NCBI GenBank assembly: GCA_030765605.1 | Contig: JAVCCG010000095.1 | Location: forward strand, 7,489-71,488 | Origin: Candidatus Alcyoniella australis | GTDB taxonomy: Bacteria; Lernaellota; Lernaellaia; JAVCCG01; Alcyoniellaceae | Length of the DNA: 64,000 bases | Direction of reading: 5' to 3' | Part shown: positions 50,625 to 59,929 of the stretch, in pieces | Position numbering within the stretch: position 1 is the stretch's first letter | Layout: every line of letters starts with the position of its first letter | Position numbers and translations under genes: made by a program | The notes under the pieces: model-generated | The model's database searches: none | Seen by the model: only the letters and a program-made list of their open reading frames with translations | What the model was told of the DNA's origin: nothing

Positions 50625-51601
50625 TCCGCCCCGAAAAGTCCACGCATGCGCTTGAGGCTTTGCTCGGCCTGCTGCGCCATCTCCTCAATCAAGACCTTGA
50701 TCGGCCTGATCTCTTTGATAAAGCCCACGGCCTGGCCCAGCCACAGCACGCCGGCATCCAGGTTCCCATCCTGCCACAGGGCCTGCGATTTGGCCCCGGA
50801 GATCAGGGGCAGCAGTTGTTCGATGTCAGCCTGTTCTTCCTCCATCTGCTGCACCTTGTGCGCAACCTCGGTGTCGGCCACGCGGTGGGTGTTGTGCAGC
50901 GAGCGCAGGATCAACGTGGTCTCGTGCTCCTGCAGCCGGATCAGCTCCTCGCGCACCCGCGGGTGGATCTTCGCCTCCTCGGCCGACAGCAGCAGCGTGC
51001 CGATGATCGCCGCATCAGCGCCCAGGGCCAGCATCGCGGCCAGTCCGCGGCCGTCGCCCACGCCGCCGCCGCCGATCAACGGCAGCGAGACCGAGTCCAC
51101 TGTGCGCGGGATCAGTATGCTCGTGGCCAGGTCGAGTACTCCGGTGGCGCCGCCGTTCTCCCAGCCGACCACGGCCACGGCGTCCACGCCCACCGACTCG
51201 GCCTTGCGCGCGTAGCGCGGAGCCACGCACTTGTGGATCAGCAGCATGCCCGCGTCGTGGATCCGGCCCACCAGATCATCGGGCGCCTTGTGGCCCGAGG
51301 TCTCGACGATCTTGATTCCCTCGCGCTCCATTTCGTCCAGGTAGAGGTTGTTGTCCGCCTGCTGGATCGCGGGGAACATGTTGAGGTTGACTGCGAAAGG
51401 TTTGTCGGTCAGGTCCTTGGTCTGCTTAAGCGCGTCGCGGAACTGCGGCATCTGTTTGTAGTTGGCCGAGGCCAGAATTCCCAGGGCGCCGGCCTCGCTG
51501 ATCGCCGCGGTGAGCTCGGGGTAGCTTAAGTACATCATCGTGCCGCCGATAACCGGATATTGGATGCCCAGCAGCTCGGTTATTCTCGTTTTGAACATCA
51601 A
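50621..51601 (-). CDS. Nitronate monooxygenase / FabK-like FMN-dependent enoyl reductase family protein
   Basis: N-terminal motif LGIQYPVIGGTM...LGILAS of the NMO/2-nitropropane dioxygenase family; the stop overlaps the pgi start. Confidence 0.75.
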   Translation of the reverse strand: MMFKTRITELLGIQYPVIGGTMMYLSYPELTAAISEAGALGILASANYKQMPQFRDALKQTKDLTDKPFAVNLNMFPAIQQADNNLYLDEMEREGIKIVETSGHKAPDDLVGRIHDAGMLLIHKCVAPRYARKAESVGVDAVAVVGWENGGATGVLDLATSILIPRTVDSVSLPLIGGGGVGDGRGLAAMLALGADAAIIGTLLLSAEEAKIHPRVREELIRLQEHETTLILRSLHNTHRVADTEVAHKVQQMEEEQADIEQLLPLISGAKSQALWQDGNLDAGVLWLGQAVGFIKEIRPIKVLIEEMAQQAEQSLKRMRGLFGAD

Positions 51602-51770
51602 TGCGCTCCTCGCTTACGAACCATCATGAATGATACGGGTAATGCCCCGCATCCTACATGTCATCTTGCCGTTCACTCAAGCGGGCTCATTGTGCCTGTA
51701 TGTGCTTTTCATTATATTAGCAACGGAATTTGCGCCCAGCCGGTTGCCACGCGCAGCCTGATTAGGAGAA

Positions 51771-52244
51771 ATGATGAGCAGCAGAGCGATATACATCGTT
51801 GTCTTCTCGCTATTGACGGCGCTGCTGCTGGCGGCCTCGTGCGGCAGCGGTTCGTCCGGCGACGATGACGACGACGACGACAGCGAGGTGCTCGGAACCC
51901 TGGCCGGGACGATCCAGTACGACGGCGACGCTGTGGGCGAGGAGATCGTGATCGGCCTGATCAACGAGTGGCCGATGACCAGCCCGCCCCAACAGTTCAT
52001 CAGGGTGACCGTGCCCGATGGCGGGTTTCCCATGGCCTACGAGATCGAGCTGAACTACGTCGGCGACTATTTTCTGGCCTCGTTCCTCGACGTCGACCCG
52101 ATGGACGGCGTGGCAATGAACAGCGAGATCGACCCGATGGATATGCCCGACGAGGGCGAGACCAAACAGACTCTGGTCCAGGGAGTCAACCAGCGCGACT
52201 TCACGCTGCTCGATCCCGAGGACGTCGATTTCTGGTGGCAGTGA
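51771..52244 (+). CDS. Hypothetical lipoprotein with a poly-Asp linker and one copy of a ~110-aa repeated domain
   Basis: Lipobox LAASCGSGSSG followed by DDDDDDDSE. The domain is paralogous to the two copies in the next gene (YDGDAVGEE...WPMTS...DVDPMDG). Confidence 0.5.
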   Translation: MMSSRAIYIVVFSLLTALLLAASCGSGSSGDDDDDDDSEVLGTLAGTIQYDGDAVGEEIVIGLINEWPMTSPPQQFIRVTVPDGGFPMAYEIELNYVGDYFLASFLDVDPMDGVAMNSEIDPMDMPDEGETKQTLVQGVNQRDFTLLDPEDVDFWWQ

Positions 52245-52273
52245 GCGTACACTCCGACCACCCCTAGACAGAA

Positions 52274-53119
52274 TTGGCTAAAATGAAACGTAACAAGCTT
52301 ACTTGGTTGTTTGCAATCGTGACGCTGCTTGCGGCGCTGATCTGGATCATTGCCTTGCCCGCGTGCTCTGGCGACGATGACGACGATGACAACGACGACG
52401 ACGATTGGAGCAATTTTCCGGCCACAATCAGCGGCACAATGTCCTACGAGGGCGACGCCGTGGGCGCGCAGGTGATGATCGCCATCGCCGACCAGTGGCC
52501 GATGACATCGGCGCCGCTGTACTTCACCTACGTCGACGTGCCGCAAAGCGGATTCCCCTTCTCCTATCGCGCGGGCCTGGATCGCACCGGGCCGCTCTAC
52601 GTGTTGGCGCTGATCGACGTCGACCCGGACGACGGCCTGGGCATGAATCCCGAGCTCGATCCGCTGGACATCCCCGAGGAGCCCAGCCAGATCGTGGCCG
52701 GCGACAACGTGATCGACTTCAACTTCCTCGACCCGGATCAGATCGCGGACGACGACGATGATGACGACGACGACGACGACGATGACGACGACGTCACCGG
52801 GGTCAAGGGCGTGTTGGTCTACGACGGCGCGGCCGTGGGCGAGAACGTGGTGATCGGTCTGTGGGACACGCCGCTGCCGTTTCCCACCAGCGCGCCGGAC
52901 CACTCGTTTCAGGTTCCGGTGCCCGAGAGCGGATTTGCCTTTGAGTACCGCGTTGAGTCCGAGGTGCCCGGCGAGTGGCGCATGGCCGCCTACCTCGACG
53001 TGAACCCCGAGGACGGTCCGAGCATGAACGACGTGGATCCGCGCGACATGACCTTTGGCCAGACCACCATCGTCAGCGGGCAAATGGCGACCCGCGACTT
53101 CATGCTGGTCGACAACTGA
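52274..53119 (+). CDS. Hypothetical lipoprotein with two copies of the same ~110-aa domain separated by a 15-residue Asp tract
   Basis: Lipobox LPACSG followed by DDDDDDNDDDD; an internal (GAC/GAT)15 tract at 52748-52792; domain repeats YEGDAVGAQ... and YDGAAVGEN... Confidence 0.5.
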   Translation: MAKMKRNKLTWLFAIVTLLAALIWIIALPACSGDDDDDDNDDDDWSNFPATISGTMSYEGDAVGAQVMIAIADQWPMTSAPLYFTYVDVPQSGFPFSYRAGLDRTGPLYVLALIDVDPDDGLGMNPELDPLDIPEEPSQIVAGDNVIDFNFLDPDQIADDDDDDDDDDDDDDDVTGVKGVLVYDGAAVGENVVIGLWDTPLPFPTSAPDHSFQVPVPESGFAFEYRVESEVPGEWRMAAYLDVNPEDGPSMNDVDPRDMTFGQTTIVSGQMATRDFMLVDN

Positions 53120-53183
53120 GCCGCGCAACAGGCAATCAAGGCAGCGTAGCGTGAACATCCTGGGAATAAAAACCTATTGTCCG

Positions 53184-55244
53184 ATGGCGCTGCTGGCCGC
53201 GGCCGTGGCTATGCTGTGCGTATTAATGCCGGCGGCGGCGATTGCCGCGGATCAAGAACAGAACGACGACGACGACGATCAGGACCAGGGCGAGGGCAAC
53301 GACGTCGAGCTGCCCGAGCTGGTGGTCACCGGCACACGAACGCCGCACGAGCTATCCGATGCGCCGGTGCCGATCTCGATCGTCGAGGGCGACGAGATCG
53401 AGGCCGCGGGCGCTGTTGACGCGGGCGATGCGATCCAGAGCGTGCCCGGCGTGTTCGTCGACGACTACGAGTCGGCCAGTCGCGGCGGCCCGGGATCGGG
53501 CGTCAACCTGCAAGGCCTGCCCACCGACCGCGTGCTGATCCTGGTCGACGGCCAGCGCGTGCCCTGGACCATGCGCGCGCCCGACCTCGAACTGATCCCC
53601 GCGCGGCTGATCCGCCGTGTGGAGGTAGTTAAGGGACCGGCCAGCTCGCTCTACGGCTCGGACGCCGTGGGCGGCGTGGTCAACATCCTGACCCACAACC
53701 CGACCCGCAAGCCGCGCGCCGAGTTCGAGCTCGGCGCGGGCAGCTTCTATACCTTCGGCGGTAACGTTTTTCACTCCTGGTCCGCCGGTCCCATGGGTTG
53801 GGTGCTGAACTTCAACCGCGAGCAGTCCGACGGCTGGATCGACGCCAACGCCGCGCGTTCGCTGATCCAGATGGGCAAGGGCGTGGTCGACACCCTGCCC
53901 AAGCCCTACCACCGCGGGCATCCCTACGAGCTCAACGACGTCTTCGGCAAGCTCACGGCGCGCGCCGGCGAGCACCTCAAACTGCGGGCCCAGTCGCGCT
54001 ACCACTGGGAGGACAACCAGCTCAGCGACACCGACTACGGCACGGTCTCGGACAACAAAACGCGACTGTCCGGCCTGGTCGGCGCGCAGCTCGACATCGG
54101 ACGACTCAGCGTCGATCTGGACCTGGGATACTTTCGCCGCACGTTCCGCTATCGCGAGTTCTCCACGACCTACGTGATTAATCCCGTGCCTCCGCCGGAC
54201 TACATCAAGGGCACCTCGAACAAGGGCAACACCACGGTCGGCGATGATTTCGACGCGCAGCTCAACTCCTCGTACCTGCTGGCCGGCTGGAACCTGCTCA
54301 GCGCCGGGCTCGCCTGGCGTCACGAGCAACTGGACTACTCGGCGTTCGAGACCAGCTCGATGACCGACGCCGAGCAGGCCTACGACGCATTTCAAACAGT
54401 GCTTTCGGCCTATTTGCAGGACGAGCTGTTTCTGCTGGGCGGTCGCTGGTCGATCGTGCCCGGCGTGCGTGTGGACTATCACGACACATGGGGCGTGGAG
54501 ACCAACCCCAAGCTTTCGACCCTGGCCAAGCTCGGACCGAGCACCGCGCTGCGCTTAAGCGCGGGCAGGGCGTTTCTGGCGCCAACGCTCTCGCAGCTCT
54601 ATCGGCCGACCTTCCGCCATTCGGGTTACTACATGACCGGCAACGAGCAGCTCGAGCCCGAACAGGCCTGGGGATTCAACGCCGAGCTCGAACAGTCGAT
54701 TTTCGAGTACGCACGGATCTGCGGCGGATACTTCCAGTACGAGATCGAGGAGATGATCTACACCACCGTGCTCGAGGACGACTACGTCAGCGGCCTGCCG
54801 CTGATGACCTACACCAACCTCAAAAGCGCGCGGATTTACGGGGCCGAGGGGTCGGTCGGCGTCTATCCCCACGACTGGGTCGGGCTGCAACTGAGCTACA
54901 CCTACAGCGAGACGCGCGACCTGGACGAAGACCAGCCGTTGGGCACTACTCCCAAGCACAACGCCTCGGCGCGGCTGTTCTGGGAGATCGAGCCCTGGGG
55001 CCTGGGCGGACACGTCGGCGCGCAGTATCAGTCCCAGCGTGACTACATCGGCATGGGCGGACGCTGGTACACGGCGGACGAGCGCTTCAGCACCAGCGCG
55101 CGGATCTATCAGCGCATCGGCCGCCACGTGGAGCTGGGGTTCAAGGTCGATAACTGGCTGGGGTACAAGTGGGACCGCGAAGGGGACGGCGATTGCGACA
55201 TGCCGCCCACCGGCTATTACGGATCGCTCAAGCTCAAATTGTAG
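53184..55244 (+). CDS. TonB-dependent outer membrane receptor
   Basis: Signal peptide then an acidic tract. Plug domain (VVTGTRTPHELSDAPVPISIV), a 22-strand-barrel-like C-terminus and terminal ...GSLKLKL. The start is chosen at MALLAAAV. Confidence 0.8.
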   Translation: MALLAAAVAMLCVLMPAAAIAADQEQNDDDDDQDQGEGNDVELPELVVTGTRTPHELSDAPVPISIVEGDEIEAAGAVDAGDAIQSVPGVFVDDYESASRGGPGSGVNLQGLPTDRVLILVDGQRVPWTMRAPDLELIPARLIRRVEVVKGPASSLYGSDAVGGVVNILTHNPTRKPRAEFELGAGSFYTFGGNVFHSWSAGPMGWVLNFNREQSDGWIDANAARSLIQMGKGVVDTLPKPYHRGHPYELNDVFGKLTARAGEHLKLRAQSRYHWEDNQLSDTDYGTVSDNKTRLSGLVGAQLDIGRLSVDLDLGYFRRTFRYREFSTTYVINPVPPPDYIKGTSNKGNTTVGDDFDAQLNSSYLLAGWNLLSAGLAWRHEQLDYSAFETSSMTDAEQAYDAFQTVLSAYLQDELFLLGGRWSIVPGVRVDYHDTWGVETNPKLSTLAKLGPSTALRLSAGRAFLAPTLSQLYRPTFRHSGYYMTGNEQLEPEQAWGFNAELEQSIFEYARICGGYFQYEIEEMIYTTVLEDDYVSGLPLMTYTNLKSARIYGAEGSVGVYPHDWVGLQLSYTYSETRDLDEDQPLGTTPKHNASARLFWEIEPWGLGGHVGAQYQSQRDYIGMGGRWYTADERFSTSARIYQRIGRHVELGFKVDNWLGYKWDREGDGDCDMPPTGYYGSLKLKL

Positions 55245-55248
55245 AGCG

Positions 55249-55426
55249 GCGGGATAAAGATCGAGAAATCGATCTTTATATGTAGGGCTCGCCTGGGCGG
55301 CTTGGAGCCGCCACAAAACTCGCAAAGCACGCTGGTCGCAGCGCCACCCACCCCGCGCCGCGGAGAAGATCGTGGAGTTATGACTATGGTCCGCCCGCGT
55401 GCCATGCGGGCACCTCAAAGGTGCCT
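55249..55426. repeat. BIME/REP-like mosaic repeat, copy B
   Basis: Contains the AAAGATCGA-N4-TCGATCTTT palindrome, the GGCGGCT-tgg-AGCCGCC hairpin and the GGGCACC-tcaaa-GGTGCCC hairpin. It is homologous to 10106-10290 with the hairpin modules swapped. Confidence 0.55.
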
Positions 55427-57079
55427 GAGGACGTAGACCTGTTTTCCCTCAGCGTCCGCAACCGCGTCCACTGACCGATAGGGCGGCAGGTCGGCGCACA
55501 GCTCATCGAGCTGTTGCGCGGGCACATAGCCGAAATCTTCGCGCCGGGTGATCGGACCGCACGGCTCGCGATCCGGTGTGAGGATCAGACCAAGGGGTGG
55601 GCCCAGGCGATAGAACAACGGATTGTGCTCGATCCCCACGTGCTCGTAGCTGTAGATCGGCACGATGCTCATGCCGTAATACGCGCTGTAGAGCATCACC
55701 TCGGCGGGCTCCACGCTGACCGTGCCCATGATTGCCGCGCTTGAACTTTGCGGCCACTGCCCGTGACGCAGCAGGGCGCAGGTGATGTCCAGGGACGCGC
55801 GCTCGAATCCGCGCGGCGAACGCGGTACGTCCTGCTCGAACACGAAACTGCGCGAGCGCCCGACCTGAGGGTCGAAGCTCAGATCCAAGACCCGGACCCA
55901 GCCCAAGCCAAGCGCCACACAGATTGCGGCGGTTGCCATCAATGCCCGACGTTTGGGAAGCAGGGCGCGCGCCTGCACGAGTCCCACGCTGATCAGCACG
56001 GCCAGGGCGGGCAGCACCAACAGCAGCCGTCGCGATTCGCGGTTGGGCCATGCGCTGAGGAACGCCAGGGCGGCCAGGCAGTACGCGACCAGGAACGCCG
56101 CGGCACGGCGCTTGCGGTTCGCTCGACTCAGGGCCAGGGGCATGGAGGCAATGGCGGCCAGGGCCCACCAGGGTTCGATGCTTACTCGGAACAGCTCGAC
56201 CGGCAGGGCCAGAAAGGGCAGGGCGCCCAGCGCACCGGGCAGGCTGAACTCGGGCGCGAACGGTCCCTCGGACAGGCCGGCGCGTAAAATCGCCAGCGAC
56301 CCGGAGGGTACGATTTGAAAGTAGAGCCACAGGCCCAGGCCGAAGCTCGCCAGGGATAAAAATAGGTTGAGCCCAACCCTGCCGGTGTGCCGCAGCCGGT
56401 CGCGCGAGCGCCGCAGCTCGAGTAACACGGCGCACAGCCCGGCAACGATCGCGGGCAGGGCGTAGATCGGGAACTCGTAGCGTACGAGCATTCCGGCGCT
56501 GAGCAGCAAGCCGGTGAAGATCGCGGTCAACGGCCTGAACCCGGCGCGCATGCGCCAGGCGGCCAGCGGCAGCCAGGCGGCCAGGGCCATGGCGCTGACC
56601 TCGAGGTGCATCACGCGGGTAAAGCCCAGGATCGCGGGGAAGGCCAGTACGATCAGAGCGGCGAGCAGGCCTTGGGCCGGACCCAACAGCGTGCGTCCCA
56701 ATGCCGCGGCAGCCAGCACCAGCAAAATCAGCGCGGGGAGCAACGCCGCGACCTCGGCCGTTCGTCCGGGACCCAGGCGCGTGGTCAGCCAGGCCGGGAG
56801 CAGCACCCAGGCGTTGAACACGCGCAACGGCAGTCCGTGCCAAGCCTGGATCAGTGTGGCGAGGTCGGGCCGGTCCGATACGCTCAGCGCCTGATGTGCA
56901 ATCTGACGGGCGTTGACCGAGTACTTGAAGCTGTCCAGTTCCGGCGGCAACGGGTTCAGGTCCAGGGCCGCCCAGCTTAGGTTGATCCAGCACGCAACGC
57001 ACAGCGCCAGCAGCAGCAGCAACGCGGCCGGTGCGATCAGCGCACTACGCGCGATCGGTTTATTAAGGTCGAGTCTCAT
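55415..57079 (-). CDS. Hypothetical polytopic membrane protein (possibly a GT-C/PMT-like glycosyltransferase)
   Basis: At least 10 predicted TM helices over 554 aa; resembles ArnT/PMT_2 topology, but no diagnostic motif was confirmed. Confidence 0.4.
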   Translation of the reverse strand: MRLDLNKPIARSALIAPAALLLLLALCVACWINLSWAALDLNPLPPELDSFKYSVNARQIAHQALSVSDRPDLATLIQAWHGLPLRVFNAWVLLPAWLTTRLGPGRTAEVAALLPALILLVLAAAALGRTLLGPAQGLLAALIVLAFPAILGFTRVMHLEVSAMALAAWLPLAAWRMRAGFRPLTAIFTGLLLSAGMLVRYEFPIYALPAIVAGLCAVLLELRRSRDRLRHTGRVGLNLFLSLASFGLGLWLYFQIVPSGSLAILRAGLSEGPFAPEFSLPGALGALPFLALPVELFRVSIEPWWALAAIASMPLALSRANRKRRAAAFLVAYCLAALAFLSAWPNRESRRLLLVLPALAVLISVGLVQARALLPKRRALMATAAICVALGLGWVRVLDLSFDPQVGRSRSFVFEQDVPRSPRGFERASLDITCALLRHGQWPQSSSAAIMGTVSVEPAEVMLYSAYYGMSIVPIYSYEHVGIEHNPLFYRLGPPLGLILTPDREPCGPITRREDFGYVPAQQLDELCADLPPYRSVDAVADAEGKQVYVLRHL

Positions 57080-57096
57080 AGCGATAGCGACAAGGG

Positions 57097-58008
57097 CTAC
57101 CAGACGATCTTGTGCCGGGCTGGATACTTCTCCTCGAACTTGGTCGTGTCGAGCTCATAGCGCATGTTATCCAGAAAGGTCTGCACCGCCTCGGCGTACT
57201 CGGGATCGTTGAAATAGGCCTTGATCCGCGGGGAGTGCGGCTTGATCTGCTCCTCGGCGAACCACTTGACCGCCTCGCCCGATTCCGCGTCGCGCACGCA
57301 TTCGAGGTAGACCGCCCACGAGACCTGGCTCAGGTCCATCCCCAGCTCGCTCATATCGCGCCAGATCGCCGACATCTCGGCCTGCTTGCGCGGGTCGAAA
57401 AAGTCGAAGAACTCGGAGTAGATCAAAGCGTTGTTGATGTACTCCGGGAAGTTGAGCAGCCCCTCTTTGGACAGCAGCTTGGTCAGCGCGTTGAGCAGGT
57501 GCACCACCTCGTTGCCCACGCCCAGGCCGGGGTGGTTTTGGCCGGGCAGCCGCGGCTTGTGCTCGCCGAACTCGCGGCGTTGGTCCTGCATCAGCATCCA
57601 CTCGATTACCAGCAAGTCCATCTGCTGTAGGTCGTGCCCCTCGAGGAATTTGACCTTGGGAGTGAACGAACCCTCCTTGACGATCACCTCGCCCAGCAGG
57701 CAGTACTCGTCGTCTTGGGGGTGCTCGATGGTCATCCGATAGGCGTAGGGGCCGTGGTCGGTGTAGCTGATCTTCAGGTCTTGGTATCCGCGGGCCGCGA
57801 GCTTGGCCGTGATGCCGAACCGTTCGAGCGCCTCGCGTACCTGAGTAGCGCTGTAGGTTCCCAAAAACAGCGCCGAGCTCTTGGTGCCGTCAAGCTGATC
57901 GGCCAGCTCGTCATCGGACAGGTCCAGTCCTTGCTCCAGGCCCGAGGGCGCGAAGAAATCGAAATGGTGAAACACTCGCGGTTTCCAGGAGCCCCGTAAG
58001 GGAGTCAT
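57097..58008 (-). CDS. Hypothetical cytoplasmic protein (303 aa)
   Basis: ORF with good codon usage directly upstream of the membrane protein in the same operon; no recognised domain. Confidence 0.4.
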   Translation of the reverse strand: MTPLRGSWKPRVFHHFDFFAPSGLEQGLDLSDDELADQLDGTKSSALFLGTYSATQVREALERFGITAKLAARGYQDLKISYTDHGPYAYRMTIEHPQDDEYCLLGEVIVKEGSFTPKVKFLEGHDLQQMDLLVIEWMLMQDQRREFGEHKPRLPGQNHPGLGVGNEVVHLLNALTKLLSKEGLLNFPEYINNALIYSEFFDFFDPRKQAEMSAIWRDMSELGMDLSQVSWAVYLECVRDAESGEAVKWFAEEQIKPHSPRIKAYFNDPEYAEAVQTFLDNMRYELDTTKFEEKYPARHKIVW

Positions 58009-58187
58009 CTTCAGCCGGGATTATTCATAGTGTTTACGTTACATCACACAATCGGTTCGCAGTCGTCTGGTTATCATCAGCGGCGTGGTTCCAATAGAGC
58101 GTACCCGCAGCAACGTGGGCCTGTCAACGGTTCTGCGCGTGGCGTCCACTGCCGGATAAGCGGCAAATAGCCTTTGAAACCAACATG

Positions 58188-58217
58188 TTGACACCTGTTG
58201 CGCCGCGGCTGTAGTAT
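58188..58217 (+). promoter_or_regulatory. Sigma70-like promoter for ilvD
   Basis: TTGACA (58188-58193), an 18-nt spacer, then TAGTAT (58212-58217). An AAGGAAG Shine-Dalgarno sequence and the ATG at 58238 lie downstream. Confidence 0.45.
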
Positions 58218-58237
58218 TGGCGCCCCAAAGGAAGCAA

Positions 58238-59911
58238 ATGGAAAAGTACGACATCGATTCAGCATACGCCCGCGCACTGTTTCACGCCTGCGGCGTGGGT
58301 GCGGACAAGTTCGCCGGGCTGAAGATCGGCGTGGCCAACTCATGGAACGAGCTGGTGCCCGGCCACGTGCATTTGCGCGGCCTGGCCGACCTGGTCAAGT
58401 CCGCAGTGCGCGACGCCGGAGCCACGGCGTTGGAGTTCAATACCATCGCGCTGTGCGACGGGATCTGCCAGGGCCGGGGGATGCACGCGGTGCTTCCCTC
58501 GCGCGAGGTGGTGGCCGCGTCGGTGGAACTCACGGCCCGCGCCTACCAATTTGACGCACTGGTAATGCTCTGCTCGTGCGACAAGATCGTGCCCGGCATG
58601 CTGATGGCCGCGGCGCGGTTGGATCTGCCCACGCTGTTTCTCACCGGCGGATTGATGGATGTCGGAGAATTCGGCGGGCGCGTGACCGTGGCCTCGGACG
58701 TCAAGGAGGGGATCGGCCGCGCCCAACGCGGCGATCTGAGCGCTGACGAGCTGCGCGCCCTGGGCGAGGCGGCCTGTCCCGGCCCGGGCGTGTGCAACAT
58801 GCTGGGAACCGCCAATACGATGTGTACGCTGGTGGAGGCCGCGGGCCTGAGCCTGCCGGGCAACGCCACAGTGGCGGCCAACGGCGAGGCGTTGCGCGAC
58901 ATGGCGCGACGCGTGGGCGAGCTGGCTGTCGAACTGGCGCGCAATGGCGGCCCCACTGCGCGGCGGCATTTGAGCGCGGGCTCGCTGCGCAACTTGGTGC
59001 GCACGGTCCAGGCCAGCGGCGGATCGGCCAACGCGGTGCTGCATCTGCTGGCCCTGGCCCGCGAGCTGGACGACGATCTATCGCTGGACGACTTCGACCG
59101 ATTGGGCGCTGACACGCCTCTGCTGTGCAAATTCAAACCCAGTTCCGAGCTGACTGTAAGCGACTTCGGCGCGGCGGGCGGGGTCTCGACGCTGCTGCGC
59201 GCATTGGGTTCGCGCATCGACGCAACGGTTCCGACCATCGAGGGCCACACGTTGGCCCAACGCGCGGCCGATGCGCCCGAGCCCGACGGTACGATCATTC
59301 ATGCGATCGACGATCCGCTCGAGCCGCGCGGCGGGATCGTGGTGCTGCGCGGCAGCCTTGCGCCGCACGGCGCGGTGGTTAAGGAATCGGGGGTCGATCC
59401 GCAAATGCGCGTACATCAGGGACCGGCGCGGGTGGCTGATTGCGAGGAGGACGTCACGCATTTGCTGCGCGAGCGGCTGGTGCAACCCGGCGACGTGCTG
59501 GTGGTGCGCTACGAGGGCCCGCGCGGCGGACCGGGCATGCGCGAGCTGAGCCTGCCCGCGGCAATGCTCGTGGGCCAAGGGTTGCACACCTCGGTGGCGA
59601 TGGTCACCGACGGCCGCTTTTCCGGGGCCACGCGCGGACCGTGCGTGGGCTACATCTGCCCCGAGGCCTGGGATTGCGGACCCCTGGCATTGGTGCGCGA
59701 CGGCGACCAGGTGCGCATCGACCTCGAGGCCAAGGCCCTGGACCTGCTGGTCGACGACGACGAAATGACGCGCCGCGCCAAAGCCTGGCAGCGGCCCGCC
59801 AAAGATCGCGGCACGGGCTTCCTGCGGCTCTACGCCGACAACGCGTCGTCGGCCGCGGACGGCGCGCGGATTGAAACGCGAGGCGAGCCGGGCGATGATG
59901 CGTCCGAATAA
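58238..59911 (+). CDS. ilvD: Dihydroxy-acid dehydratase
   Basis: IlvD/EDD family motifs (CDGICQG, CDKIVPGM, GRFSGAT). The ATG at 58238 is preferred over the TTG at 58217. Confidence 0.9.
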   Translation: MEKYDIDSAYARALFHACGVGADKFAGLKIGVANSWNELVPGHVHLRGLADLVKSAVRDAGATALEFNTIALCDGICQGRGMHAVLPSREVVAASVELTARAYQFDALVMLCSCDKIVPGMLMAAARLDLPTLFLTGGLMDVGEFGGRVTVASDVKEGIGRAQRGDLSADELRALGEAACPGPGVCNMLGTANTMCTLVEAAGLSLPGNATVAANGEALRDMARRVGELAVELARNGGPTARRHLSAGSLRNLVRTVQASGGSANAVLHLLALARELDDDLSLDDFDRLGADTPLLCKFKPSSELTVSDFGAAGGVSTLLRALGSRIDATVPTIEGHTLAQRAADAPEPDGTIIHAIDDPLEPRGGIVVLRGSLAPHGAVVKESGVDPQMRVHQGPARVADCEEDVTHLLRERLVQPGDVLVVRYEGPRGGPGMRELSLPAAMLVGQGLHTSVAMVTDGRFSGATRGPCVGYICPEAWDCGPLALVRDGDQVRIDLEAKALDLLVDDDEMTRRAKAWQRPAKDRGTGFLRLYADNASSAADGARIETRGEPGDDASE

Positions 59912-59929
59912 AATCAGGGGTAGCAGACG

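Noticed and set aside
52748-52792. The (GAC/GAT)15 tract as a phase-variation (on/off) switch
   Set aside because: The repeat unit is 3 nt and lies in-frame inside the CDS, so slippage changes linker length but cannot shift the frame. It is mentioned instead as a length-variable linker.
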